A stretch of 53,147 nucleotides of DNA, taken from positions 1 through 53,147 of the forward strand of contig JBHHUC010000010.1 of NCBI GenBank assembly GCA_046861395.1, given 5' to 3'. The position numbers were made by a program, and so were the translations under genes. Position 1 is the first letter of the stretch. Each line of letters begins with the position of its first letter. Below the pieces are notes generated by a model that saw only the letters and a list, made by a program, of their open reading frames with translations, was not told where the DNA came from and ran no database searches. Shown here piece by piece: positions 19,484 through 29,396 of the stretch. Origin of the DNA: Fidelibacterota bacterium (lineage in GTDB: Bacteria; Fidelibacterota; Marinisomatia; Marinisomatales; JABMOV01).

Positions 19484-21039
19484 TATTTGGGCCTTAGAGT
19501 AGCGACCGGGATGAACATTTCTTCCAATGATATGCCACCATGCTGAAAACTACCCTTGTAGAGTGATTCGAATTTATGTTGCTGCGTCGGATACACAAAA
19601 AATACATCATCGGTGGCAATCAGATAGCTGGTTTGGGGGCCAAATTCCGGAAGGCGGTATTCCTGGGGCTTTTTTATGACCAGCGAATTGCGATCGGAGC
19701 AGTTTACATTGAATCCATATTTATATCGAATACCGGAAGAAGTGTCGCGGTCCGCTCCCACCGGGATTCCCCGATTCACCCGGACACTGCCATGATCGCT
19801 GGTTAGAATGACATTATAATTACTCTGACTCAGACGTTTCAGCACGTCCAGGAACCAGGAATTTTCGAACCAGGTCTTCACAGCGGAACGATAACCGGAT
19901 TCATCCGGCAACATTTCCTTCAGGACATCCGACTCCGAACGTTTATGTGCCAGTATATCGACAAAATTGATGACGATGGCCAGCAGGTCAACCTTGAGGT
20001 ATTCTGAAATACGCTGGGAAAATTTCCGACCTTCGTCCACTTGCCAGATCTTGTGGTAGTGAATTGATTTCCCCCCCTGTCCGTGGCGTTTCAATAAATC
20101 TTCCAGAAACAGGTTTTCATACTGGTTCAGGCTGGAGGCATGCGACTCCATCGCCGCCCGCTGCTGAGGATATTTAACCAATAATTCATCGGGATATAGG
20201 CCACTGAAAATGGCATTCCGGCTGAAGGGCGTAGCGGAAGGAAGAATCGCCACGGCCGGGTCTATCCGCAGCGTGAAATACTTTTGCAGCTCCGGCATGA
20301 TGGCGTATAAATGATCCAGCCGCATGCTGTCAATGACAATAAAACAGGTCTTGGTATTATCTTCCATCCGGGGAATAACATATTCCGGGATAATGTTTAC
20401 TGTCGTGAGAGGACCGTCCTGGGTCGTTAGCCAGTAACAATATTCCTTACGGACATACTGGATAAACTGGCGGTTGCTGGACTGAATCTGTTCTGCCAGG
20501 ATTGATCCCAGACCGGTTTCGCGATGTTCATCGAAAGCCAGCTGCCAGCGTACTAGTCGGGTATAGATATCCCACCATTCGGCATGATCCAGATGTTGTC
20601 CCAAACGCGCATCGATATCCTGAAAATCTTTCAGATACCCTGCGGTGGCATGGTCTTCCCGAATCCGGTTCGCTTCCAGAATCTTCTTGGCGGCAATGAA
20701 AATTTGCGTCGGGCGGACAGGTTTCACCAGAAATTCATCGATCTTTTTGGTGATAGCTTCATCCATTAACCATTCTTCTTCACTTTTCGTAATCAAAATG
20801 ATTGGAATCGCATCGTTGAGTTCCTTGATCCGTTCCAGTGTCTCCAGGCCGTCAATTCCAGGCATGAACTGATCCATGAGAATAAGGTCGAAGGAGTGAG
20901 ACTGCACCAATTCAACCGCGTCTCTCCCGTTAGTGGTAGTCGTTACATGATACCCTTTTTTTTCCAGGAAGATTATATGCGGTTTCAGATGATTGATTTC
21001 ATCGTCAACCCAGAGGATTTTTCCACGTGATGTATTCAT
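19480..21039 (-). CDS. porX: PorX-like bifunctional response regulator / PglZ (alkaline-phosphatase superfamily) protein
   Basis: REC domain (ILWVDDE, LMDQFMPG, ITKSEEE) fused to a PglZ domain (IDSMRLD, LPSATPFSRNAIFSG, NFVDILAH, TSDHG, FQHGGISLEEM); adjacent to tsaE as in Bacteroidota. ATG 21039 preferred as start. Confidence 0.88.
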   Translation of the reverse strand: MNTSRGKILWVDDEINHLKPHIIFLEKKGYHVTTTTNGRDAVELVQSHSFDLILMDQFMPGIDGLETLERIKELNDAIPIILITKSEEEWLMDEAITKKIDEFLVKPVRPTQIFIAAKKILEANRIREDHATAGYLKDFQDIDARLGQHLDHAEWWDIYTRLVRWQLAFDEHRETGLGSILAEQIQSSNRQFIQYVRKEYCYWLTTQDGPLTTVNIIPEYVIPRMEDNTKTCFIVIDSMRLDHLYAIMPELQKYFTLRIDPAVAILPSATPFSRNAIFSGLYPDELLVKYPQQRAAMESHASSLNQYENLFLEDLLKRHGQGGKSIHYHKIWQVDEGRKFSQRISEYLKVDLLAIVINFVDILAHKRSESDVLKEMLPDESGYRSAVKTWFENSWFLDVLKRLSQSNYNVILTSDHGSVRVNRGIPVGADRDTSSGIRYKYGFNVNCSDRNSLVIKKPQEYRLPEFGPQTSYLIATDDVFFVYPTQQHKFESLYKGSFQHGGISLEEMFIPVATLRPKY

Positions 21040-21125
21040 TTTCGCGGGCGAAAGTACAGTCAATCGTAGGGGCGTTTCACCGTTTATTTCTCACGAATGT
21101 GTCAATTATTCTACAAGTACTATCG

Positions 21126-24100
21126 TCAGATTTTTGCTGCTGCCTGCAGTTTCTTGGCTTCACTCCTGCTCTCGAGTAGAGAATAAAGGACTGGAACAAT
21201 GACCAGCGTTAAAAAGGATGACACCGCCAAACCAAAGACTAAACTGACCGACAGAGGACGCCAGTATTCGCCACCACCACCAATATTCAAGGCCAGGGGA
21301 ATCATACCGGCCAGGGTTGTTATCGTTGTAAGAATGATGGGACGTAAACGGTTCAATCCTGCTTTAATCAAAGCATCCCGGACCCTCATCCCTGTTTTGC
21401 GCAAATCGTTGACCAGAGATATCAATACGATCGCATCATTAACGACTACTCCCATCAGCGCCACTACGCCAAAAAATGCCATCATACCAAAGGGAACCCG
21501 CGTAATCATCAATCCTACAATTACACCGATAAATGAAAGGGGAATGGTAAAGGCAATGATGAGTGGTTGGCGTAATGACTTGAACTGAGCGGCCAGAATA
21601 ATAATTATGATGATAAATCCAATCACCATGGCCCGGCCCAGACTGGCAAAGGATTCCGCCGTTTCATCCTTTACGCCCCCAAATTCAACCGAAACACCGG
21701 CCGGCAGCACCAGTCGATCAATAAAGGGGCTTAGTTTGCGCTGAATATCCGTGGCATCATAATCCTCCAGTAGATCACAACTAACACTAATATTCCGTTT
21801 GAAATTACGGTGTCGAATGGCCGTTTCGCCCGACGCCAGTTTCAATGTGGCTACGTCGGTAATGGGAATTAATTTCCCCAGCGGACTGGGTACCATCAGA
21901 TTCTGAATGTCATCCAGAATATTGCTACTCCGGGAAAACAGTTTCACACGCACCGGTATATCTTCCAGGCCGTCGGTGAACTGGGTTGCTTCCAGACCGA
22001 ATAACGCCGAAGTGACGGTCTGACTGATGTCACTGGCCGACACCCCGAACCAGGCGGCTCGTTGATGATCCACATCAACCTGGAATTCTGTGCGCTGCAC
22101 GCTGAGACTGGAAGCAATATTCATGGTTCCGTCCAACGCTTCCATTCGCGTTTTGATCATATTGCTTACCAGCTCCATGGATTCGAGGTCATCGCCGGAT
22201 ATATCCACAACAACATTTGTAGCAATGGGCGGTCCCTCTTTGATCGTGTTAAAGGTGTATTGTAGGCCAGGAACATCACTCCACCGTTGCCGTAAATCTT
22301 CAATGACCTCGTCAACGGAGCGCTCTCGTTCCGAAGCATCCACCAAGTCAACATTGATTTGTGCAATTTCAGCGCCAATTCCTCCACCCTGAGCCAGACG
22401 GACATTTTGCACTCCACTTTCCCCGATGGTTGAAACATAGCGATCCACTTCCGGCAAGGCGGCAATGTATGCTTCTATTTCCCTGGTAATGCTATCCGTA
22501 TATTCAATTTGACTGCCCGGTGGTGCTGAAATATCGATAATGATCCGTGGCTTTGGGACTTTGGGAAACATTTGCACCTTAACCAGTTTTACATCCGTTA
22601 CCATGGATACGCCTACAATAGCAAATGCCACCATTAACGCAAATATGGAACTAAAAACTAGCGTCCAACGGTGATCCAGTGCCCAGTTCAATGTTTTACG
22701 ATACAATCGTTTTCCCCACCAGTCTCCTGATAGCTTCCCCTTGCCGCTGGATCGGTTCATCAGTTTGGAAGCAGCCACCGGTATTAAGAAATGGTCGGCA
22801 ATGAAGGCGCCGATCAAGGCAAAGATCACCACTTTGGGTATGACGGAAAGAAATTGTCCCATGACACCGCTCATGTAAATGATAGGTGCAAAGGCCACGA
22901 TTGTGGTAAGAACCGCCGTCATAATGGGGATTCCGACTTCCCTCATGGCAGCCACTGCAGATTCCTTCCGACGCATGCCTTCTTCAATATGGCGATAGGT
23001 TGCCTCAGCCACGATGATGGCACCATCCACCACAATTCCCAGCACCATGATGAGGCCAAACATGGAAATATTGGTCCGGTCAATATCGAAAATGTACATG
23101 AATAAAAATGATGACATGAGGGCAAAGGGAAGAGCTATGGAAACCAGGATGGCATTACGGAAACCGATCCCGAAGAATAATACAATGACAACAAGAATAA
23201 TTCCCCACAGGGCATTGGTTCCAACCTGCTTATTCTGGCGTTCAACATCGGTAGCCTGACGCGCTGTGTATTCATAATGAACGCCGGGAGGAAATGATTT
23301 GGCGATCTCGGCCACGGCGGCTTCGATCTTGTTGCTTGTTTCAATGATATTGGCACCCCGCTTTTTGTTGATCAGCAGGGTAACGCTGGGTTCGGATCCA
23401 TAGCGTGAAAAACTGGATATATCTTCCGTTCCGTCCGTTACGGTGGCAATATTCTGCAAACGAATTGGTTTGCCGGTGGGACCCATCCCGATGATGATAT
23501 TGGCCAGATCGTCAATCGTGGTAAACTTGCCGATGGTACGAACCAGGATATCCTGGTTTCCCAGACTGACAACACCGCCGGGCATATTCTGGTTATTTAA
23601 CTGCAGGGCACGGATAATCTGTGGAATCGTAGTATTATTGGCGGCCAGCAGCAGGGGATCCACATTGATGGTGATTTCACGTTCGACACCACCGAAAATT
23701 TCGATTTCATTCACACCGGCCACCTGTGCAACTCTATCCTTCACATCTTCACCGATCTCCCGCAACTGTCGCGGCGTTAACTCTCCGAATATATTGAGAA
23801 TCGTGATGGGAATATCATTGAAATCCAATTCCTTCACCGATACATTGATCACTTCATCGGGAAGGTCCGGAATCGCTTCATTAATCTTATCTTTCAAATC
23901 ATCGATGCTGGATTTCAGATCAGCTCCGGGGGAAAATTCAACCGTAATGAAGGCCATATTCTGCAAAGCCCAGCCGATGACATCCTCCAGGTCTGATAAC
24001 TGGGAGATTTTATCCTCAAAGGGCTTAATGATTTCCGATTCTACTTCGCTCGGGGCTGCACCGGGATACGTGGCCGTAACAAAGGCATAGGGTACTTCGA

Positions 24101-24218
24101 TGTCCGGAATCAATTCCAGGGGAAGAACCAGAAAGGAGTAAATGCTCAGTGCAAAGATCAACACCAGGACAATCAGGACGGGAATGGGCTGATAGATTGC
24201 CTTTTCTGACAGCTTCAT
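21126..24218 (-). CDS. RND efflux transporter permease (AcrB/AcrD/AcrF family)
   Basis: 1030 aa; YPGAAP.EVE, GIVVDGAIIVAE and RLRPIILTT; 12-TM, two-repeat architecture. Confidence 0.96.
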   Translation of the reverse strand: MKLSEKAIYQPIPVLIVLVLIFALSIYSFLVLPLELIPDIEVPYAFVTATYPGAAPSEVESEIIKPFEDKISQLSDLEDVIGWALQNMAFITVEFSPGADLKSSIDDLKDKINEAIPDLPDEVINVSVKELDFNDIPITILNIFGELTPRQLREIGEDVKDRVAQVAGVNEIEIFGGVEREITINVDPLLLAANNTTIPQIIRALQLNNQNMPGGVVSLGNQDILVRTIGKFTTIDDLANIIIGMGPTGKPIRLQNIATVTDGTEDISSFSRYGSEPSVTLLINKKRGANIIETSNKIEAAVAEIAKSFPPGVHYEYTARQATDVERQNKQVGTNALWGIILVVIVLFFGIGFRNAILVSIALPFALMSSFLFMYIFDIDRTNISMFGLIMVLGIVVDGAIIVAEATYRHIEEGMRRKESAVAAMREVGIPIMTAVLTTIVAFAPIIYMSGVMGQFLSVIPKVVIFALIGAFIADHFLIPVAASKLMNRSSGKGKLSGDWWGKRLYRKTLNWALDHRWTLVFSSIFALMVAFAIVGVSMVTDVKLVKVQMFPKVPKPRIIIDISAPPGSQIEYTDSITREIEAYIAALPEVDRYVSTIGESGVQNVRLAQGGGIGAEIAQINVDLVDASERERSVDEVIEDLRQRWSDVPGLQYTFNTIKEGPPIATNVVVDISGDDLESMELVSNMIKTRMEALDGTMNIASSLSVQRTEFQVDVDHQRAAWFGVSASDISQTVTSALFGLEATQFTDGLEDIPVRVKLFSRSSNILDDIQNLMVPSPLGKLIPITDVATLKLASGETAIRHRNFKRNISVSCDLLEDYDATDIQRKLSPFIDRLVLPAGVSVEFGGVKDETAESFASLGRAMVIGFIIIIIILAAQFKSLRQPLIIAFTIPLSFIGVIVGLMITRVPFGMMAFFGVVALMGVVVNDAIVLISLVNDLRKTGMRVRDALIKAGLNRLRPIILTTITTLAGMIPLALNIGGGGEYWRPLSVSLVFGLAVSSFLTLVIVPVLYSLLESRSEAKKLQAAAKI

Positions 24219-25261
24219 TGATTTACTCCGGTAATAATGTTCACCGGTGAACCATCACGGACGTCATGATGCCCCCGGGTTATGAGGGAATCGCCGATGG
24301 ACACTTCAGTATCTATAAAGGCTTCAATTCCGTTGAAGGCATTAATCTGAATGGCTTTCCGTTTTGCCTTTCCCTCATGCACAACATAAATAAACTGACC
24401 GTCTTTATCCTCATGAATCAGAGAGAGAGGAATTACTTTTACTTTCTCCCAGACATTCAGGATGATTTTCACTTCGGCAACCATACCAATCTTTATCAGC
24501 TGGTTTGAATTTTCCAGATGAATTTCCACATCGTATGAATTGGTGAATTGATCGGTAACCAGACCCACACGATACACATCACCGCGGAATATCTGGTTGG
24601 GTAGTGATTTAATGGAAATTTCCACCGGTTGTGATTTTTTCACGTAACCGATACGGGATTCGGGAATGGAGACAACGATTTTGATTTCACTCATGTCGGC
24701 AACGATGAAGGGCGGCCCCATGCCTGCGGCAGGAGATACGACATCCCCGATTTCAAGATTCCGGCTGATGATATAACCGTCAAAAGGGGCCTTCAGTACC
24801 GTATTATTTAGAGCTTCCCGGGCTTTGATGAACGCCGATTCCGCCTGGTCCAGACCCAGACGCGCTCCGTCATATTGTTCCTTTGATATCACGTTGGATT
24901 CATACAAAGATTTGGCGCTGGCATAATCATTCCGGGCTTTGTTCACCGCCGTTTCCGCCAGTCTAAAGGCCGCATCGTATTGTTCCTGATTTATTCTTGC
25001 CAGGGGCTCATCGGCACGGACAAAATCATTTTCTTCCACAAATATTTTTTCCACTTTACCGGGAACTTCAAAAATCAAATTTCCCCGCCGGATGGCTTCG
25101 GTTTTCCCGATAACATTCAGCGCTTCGACATAGGTGGAGGGTTGTAGCAGTGCAACGGCCACCGGAATTTCAGGAATCTTTGGTACGGTTGTAACCGCTT
25201 CATGGCCGTCTCTGGAACAGGAAATAAGAATTAACAACAAAAGTAGAATACCCTTTTTCAT
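24215..25261 (-). CDS. RND periplasmic adaptor (membrane fusion protein), lipoprotein
   Basis: Lipobox LISC; lipoyl halves GKVEKIFVEEND.V and LKAPFDGYI flanking an alpha-hairpin. Confidence 0.95.
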   Translation of the reverse strand: MKKGILLLLLILISCSRDGHEAVTTVPKIPEIPVAVALLQPSTYVEALNVIGKTEAIRRGNLIFEVPGKVEKIFVEENDFVRADEPLARINQEQYDAAFRLAETAVNKARNDYASAKSLYESNVISKEQYDGARLGLDQAESAFIKAREALNNTVLKAPFDGYIISRNLEIGDVVSPAAGMGPPFIVADMSEIKIVVSIPESRIGYVKKSQPVEISIKSLPNQIFRGDVYRVGLVTDQFTNSYDVEIHLENSNQLIKIGMVAEVKIILNVWEKVKVIPLSLIHEDKDGQFIYVVHEGKAKRKAIQINAFNGIEAFIDTEVSIGDSLITRGHHDVRDGSPVNIITGVNQ

Positions 25262-25274
25262 TTCGTCCTCTGAA

Positions 25275-26660
25275 TTAAAATAATGTTTTACCGATCGCCC
25301 GTCTCAATCCGGCAATGGCAGTGTGATATTCAAGGTAGGCCTGTGACAATCCCAACTCAGCCTGACGCAGACCGTTCGTGGCATCCTGGTATTCCAGATT
25401 TGTAGCCATTCCCTTCTGGAACAGGGATTGGGCGATTTCTACACCGCGGCGGGCCTGGGACACCTGTTTTTGCATCGCAGATATCCGGGTAGCTGCTTCC
25501 CGGGCAGAGTAATACAGCTGGGAAAGCTCCAAGATTAAGGCCGATTCCGTATCCTTATAGGAATAGGATGCATTGGTATAATCGGCCTTGGCCTGATCCA
25601 GTCGGGCCTTGGAACCGAATCCGTTGAACAGAGGAATGGTAATTCCCAAACCTATACTGGACGATTTACGAAAATCACCCGGATCATATTCGCCGTCATT
25701 ATAGGGTAATTGCTGGGAATAGCTGCCCGTCAAAGCCAGGGAAGGCATGAATTCCGCTTTCTTGAGCAGGATGTTTTCCTTCATCAATTTTTGACTGGCT
25801 TCCAATTGCTTCAGCACCGGCTGGTTGGCTTTTAAGGCCTTGACCAGGTCCTGGTAAGCCGGTAAATCAATGATTACGGGGTTCAGCGGTTCCGTCAAGA
25901 TGAGCGACTGATCAAAATCAATGCCGCAGGTACGTTTTAACATAGCCTGGGTCAATTCTACCGTTTTTCGCGTTTGACTGACCTGGGTTTCGGCATTGGC
26001 AACCCGTACTTCCGCCTGGATTACGCTCAATTCCGCCACTTTTCCCGATTGATACAAGGCTCTGGTATCCTGTAAATGTTTTTTGGCTAGTTCCAGGGAT
26101 TCCTTCATGACATCCAGAACGTGGGAAGTTACCAGGGCCGTATAATATTGCACCGTGGTTTGTTCGATCATGGTATTCTCGGCGGCGGCCAGAGCGGATT
26201 CGGCAACGATCCGATAGGTTCCCGCACTGCGTACGGCAGCCAGAACGCGACCGTCAAACAATGGTTGGGTCAGCGAGAAGCCATAGATGATATTGTTATC
26301 ATTGCCAAAAGGAATATCCACATCCACAAAGAATAAATCCGTCATTTGATGAAAGGGATCGTTCGGCAGTGGAACCGGATTCCCATTCCCGTCCAATTGT
26401 CCGAAGGGTATTGGAAATGATAAGGGCTGGGAAGCGATGGAAAGATTTTTGGTCCCCTGGGCGAAGGTGGAAATCACCGGCCAGGCCGTCGCCTTGGCTT
26501 CCCGCGCCTGTGCCGTGGCTTTTTCATAACTCGTCCGGGCCTGTTTCAGGGCAATATTGTTCTCCCGGGCCAGCGTCAAAGCGTCCTGCAGAGTTAAGGC
26601 CAACGGTTCCTGGGCAGTCAGCAGGCCCACAATGCATGATAGTAATAGTGTGATTTTCAT
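25275..26660 (-). CDS. TolC-family outer membrane efflux channel
   Basis: Signal peptide, LTLQDALTLARENN, LTQPLFDG and ITIPLFNG repeats; operon context. Confidence 0.93.
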   Translation of the reverse strand: MKITLLLSCIVGLLTAQEPLALTLQDALTLARENNIALKQARTSYEKATAQAREAKATAWPVISTFAQGTKNLSIASQPLSFPIPFGQLDGNGNPVPLPNDPFHQMTDLFFVDVDIPFGNDNNIIYGFSLTQPLFDGRVLAAVRSAGTYRIVAESALAAAENTMIEQTTVQYYTALVTSHVLDVMKESLELAKKHLQDTRALYQSGKVAELSVIQAEVRVANAETQVSQTRKTVELTQAMLKRTCGIDFDQSLILTEPLNPVIIDLPAYQDLVKALKANQPVLKQLEASQKLMKENILLKKAEFMPSLALTGSYSQQLPYNDGEYDPGDFRKSSSIGLGITIPLFNGFGSKARLDQAKADYTNASYSYKDTESALILELSQLYYSAREAATRISAMQKQVSQARRGVEIAQSLFQKGMATNLEYQDATNGLRQAELGLSQAYLEYHTAIAGLRRAIGKTLF

Positions 26661-26666
26661 TGGATA

Positions 26667-27278
26667 TTATTTCCCAATTCCCATGAGTAGAATATTGTTT
26701 ATCTCTGTTTCGGCTTTTTCCAGATCAATGGTTTTTCCGGATATGAGCCATGACATGATATGGGCATTAATGATTCCCGTCACGCACAGGGCCAGTGTTC
26801 TGGCGCTGAATTGTTTGCGATGATGGGCTTCCATCCGGGAATCAAACTGTCCTGTTACAATGTCCAGTACCTGAGCAGTCTGATGAAGGAAACGAGAGCG
26901 TAACTCATTGCGCGTCGACCCCTGCCCTTTGGATTGTTCTGACATTACAATGCGAAAAAAATGATGATGATTGCGCGAATGGCGCAATTGATAGTTCACT
27001 AACCGTTGCACGGCGTTCACCAGAGAAGTCGAACCGGACAGTTGTAATTCCAGTCCTTTAAGATAATCTTCGTACTTGGCTTCAATCACGGAAAAGAACA
27101 AATCATCCTTATTTTTAAAGTATAGATATATAGTTCCCTTACTGATTTCAGCTTCGGCTGCGACATCGTCCATATTGGTATTATGGAGGCCGTTCCGGGC
27201 AAATAAAGTTTCGGCGGCGGACAGAATGGACTGTCGTCGTTGCTCTTTTTCGCGTTCTTTTCGTTCTGAAATAGTCAT
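26667..27278 (-). CDS. TetR/AcrR family transcriptional regulator
   Basis: HTH ILSAAETLF...MDDVAAEAEISKGTIYLYFKNKDDLF; first gene of the efflux operon. Confidence 0.96.
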   Translation of the reverse strand: MTISERKEREKEQRRQSILSAAETLFARNGLHNTNMDDVAAEAEISKGTIYLYFKNKDDLFFSVIEAKYEDYLKGLELQLSGSTSLVNAVQRLVNYQLRHSRNHHHFFRIVMSEQSKGQGSTRNELRSRFLHQTAQVLDIVTGQFDSRMEAHHRKQFSARTLALCVTGIINAHIMSWLISGKTIDLEKAETEINNILLMGIGK

Positions 27279-27296
27279 AATGCTTTCAATGAATTA

Positions 27297-27327
27297 TCAG
27301 TAAGTTACTGACTGGTCAGTCAGTATA
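27297..27327 (-). promoter_or_regulatory. Putative TetR operator(s) overlapping the efflux-operon promoter
   Basis: Perfect inverted repeat TACTGACTG-GT-CAGTCAGTA (27306-27325), an overlapping TCAGTAA-G-TTACTGA (27297-27311) and a minus-strand -10 TATACT (27327-27322). Confidence 0.75.
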
Positions 27328-27356
27328 TAAAGAATTATTTTCGCGAAAAGACCGTG

Positions 27357-28244
27357 TTACAGTTCATTTGTCAGACAATGGATCGCGCCACCGCTGAGCC
27401 GGAATTGGGTCGTAGGAATGGTAATGTGCTTGACATCGAGCGATGCCAGAAGCGGAACAATATTGGGAGATCGAAAGCGACTGGGGCCAATTAAATAGCC
27501 CGGTAACGGGAGGCAATTGGTGGCGAAATCGCCTAGTACTCGAGACGTTCCGATAGCATCTTCCGGGGGAACGTCTATCAGTTCCATGTTCTTTTTCCGA
27601 CAATATTGCTGCAGTTCTTTTTGTGAGGTGGTGTCCATTATTTCCAAGGCAGCAATCACTGCCACCGTATCTCCTGCCCGATTCATCACCGGTGTGAAAA
27701 TGGTATCCAAATGGAACGCCGCCGTTTTAATCATAAGCATTTCGGAAACGCCCAGCATTTCCGCCACCAATTCACTTCCTCTTTGATTATTGCGGGATAT
27801 TCCGGTGAACAGGATATTTTCCTTGGGGCAATAATAGAATTCTCCCCCTTCCGCATATGCTGGTTCTTCTTCCGGGATACGTTTGGTTTGATATCCCATA
27901 GCATCCAGTATGACCTGCATGATGTCTGCTTCAATTTGTCGTTCCCTTTCCCGGAATTTGGAAATGATAATATCACCTTTTTGGTTGGAAATGAACAGGT
28001 CGCGTACAAATACGAAATCATGTTTCCGCAAATTGAAATTATGCTGATCCAAAATATAGGGAAAATCCAGTTCCAGGATTTCAAAGGGTAAAAATTGAAA
28101 CAAATTTTTTAACAGAAATATTTCTATTTCGACTAATTCTTGATCCGGGACGACGCCCTCCCTCATGGCCGGATTATTCTCGTACAGAGGGGTACCGTGG
28201 CCCCACCATGGATTTTCGGGCAAATTCGAAATCAGAATTTTCAT
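27357..28244 (-). CDS. Amidinotransferase / guanidino-group-modifying (pentein) family enzyme
   Basis: FVRD, EGGE, FHLDT and C-terminal GGAIHCLT motifs supply the Asp/His/Cys catalytic set. Confidence 0.85.
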   Translation of the reverse strand: MKILISNLPENPWWGHGTPLYENNPAMREGVVPDQELVEIEIFLLKNLFQFLPFEILELDFPYILDQHNFNLRKHDFVFVRDLFISNQKGDIIISKFRERERQIEADIMQVILDAMGYQTKRIPEEEPAYAEGGEFYYCPKENILFTGISRNNQRGSELVAEMLGVSEMLMIKTAAFHLDTIFTPVMNRAGDTVAVIAALEIMDTTSQKELQQYCRKKNMELIDVPPEDAIGTSRVLGDFATNCLPLPGYLIGPSRFRSPNIVPLLASLDVKHITIPTTQFRLSGGAIHCLTNEL

Positions 28245-29194
28245 ACCGGAGTCCGGTGTTCCTGATAAATCAATGCCGCGGCACCCTGAACGGCGATGGA
28301 CTCATTATCCAAAGCAGATAACAGGAATCGTGTTTTCCCTCGAAAAGAACGCATTACATGGTCTTCCAAAGCCGCCTGCGCCGGTTCCAGCAACGATTCG
28401 CCGGCCTGAGCCAGTCCGCCACTGAGAATAATGGCTTCCGGTGACAGAACGGCCACCATATTAGCCATGGCTTGGCCCAACGTCATCCCTGTTATATTGA
28501 AAGCCTCCCGAGCAGTTGAATCACCCTCCTGTGCGGCGTCAAATACAGCGCGTGCTGTAGCAGATCCACTCGTCGGCAACCAGCCGATCTCCGTTGCCGT
28601 CCGGACCAGGCCCGGGGCGGATACATAGGTCTCCAGACACCCTCTCCGGCCGCAACCGCACACTCGTCCCTCCGGGACCACCGTAAGATGGCCCAGTTCT
28701 CCCGCCAGACCATCATGGCCGTAAACGACCTTTCCGTTCACAACCAGGCCACTACCCAGTCCGGTTCCCAGTGTGAGGGCGATGAAATGTTTCATATTTC
28801 GAGCCTGGCCAAAATACATTTCACCTAGAGCCGCTGCATTGGCATCATTGGTAATCACACATTGTAAATCAAAAAGGGACTGAATGAAGGGCACTAGGTG
28901 TATATCCGACCAGGGTAAATTTGGCGGTGCAAGGACTTCACCGGTGTAATAATTTCCGTTTGGGACCCCAATTCCTACTCCCTGCAAGGTCTGAACCAGA
29001 GAATGATCCCAAGTAGAGACAATCGTTTTGATAGCATGAAACAGTTCTTCTGCCGTTGGGTAATCCTGCGTTTTTACTGTTCCAGTTACTGCCATAGTCC
29101 CATCTTCGGCAACAATGCTGAAAACAGTATTTGTTCCACCCACATCAATGCCAAGGACGTTGGATCGGGAATTCAATGGTATTCGATTTTTCAT
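28241..29194 (-). CDS. ROK family sugar kinase (glucokinase-like)
   Basis: GIDVGGT, NDANAAALGE, TLGTGLG, GELGH and CGCGRRGCLE motifs; no N-terminal HTH. Confidence 0.93.
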   Translation of the reverse strand: MKNRIPLNSRSNVLGIDVGGTNTVFSIVAEDGTMAVTGTVKTQDYPTAEELFHAIKTIVSTWDHSLVQTLQGVGIGVPNGNYYTGEVLAPPNLPWSDIHLVPFIQSLFDLQCVITNDANAAALGEMYFGQARNMKHFIALTLGTGLGSGLVVNGKVVYGHDGLAGELGHLTVVPEGRVCGCGRRGCLETYVSAPGLVRTATEIGWLPTSGSATARAVFDAAQEGDSTAREAFNITGMTLGQAMANMVAVLSPEAIILSGGLAQAGESLLEPAQAALEDHVMRSFRGKTRFLLSALDNESIAVQGAAALIYQEHRTPV

Positions 29195-29396
29195 TTTTTT
29201 CGCACCAGTTCAAGGATGGACTTTATATAATCGAATCGATCGGTACAAGGAAAGATATGGTCCATCAGGCAACTCGGGGTCTTGTGATCTTCATTTTCAC
29301 CAATAAATGAATGACTGTAATTTCCCGCCCGATATTAATTCGGAACTTTCATTTTCATTACTCGTATTGCGAAAAAAATTTGGAGGGTACACATCC

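Noticed and set aside
19480..21039. PglZ domain as evidence of a BREX defence system
   Set aside because: It is fused to a receiver domain in the porX-tsaE context, with no brxC, pglX or brxL nearby.
21199..24090. Plus-strand ORFs of up to 215 aa inside the RND gene
   Set aside because: Antisense shadows of a clear 1030-aa RND permease.
29195..29396. Divergent intergenic region between ROK and the gldA-like gene as a possible ncRNA; also the 30-aa N-terminal extension in the ORF track
   Set aside because: No convincing structure seen; the SD position supports ATG 29397, so the extension is an artefact.
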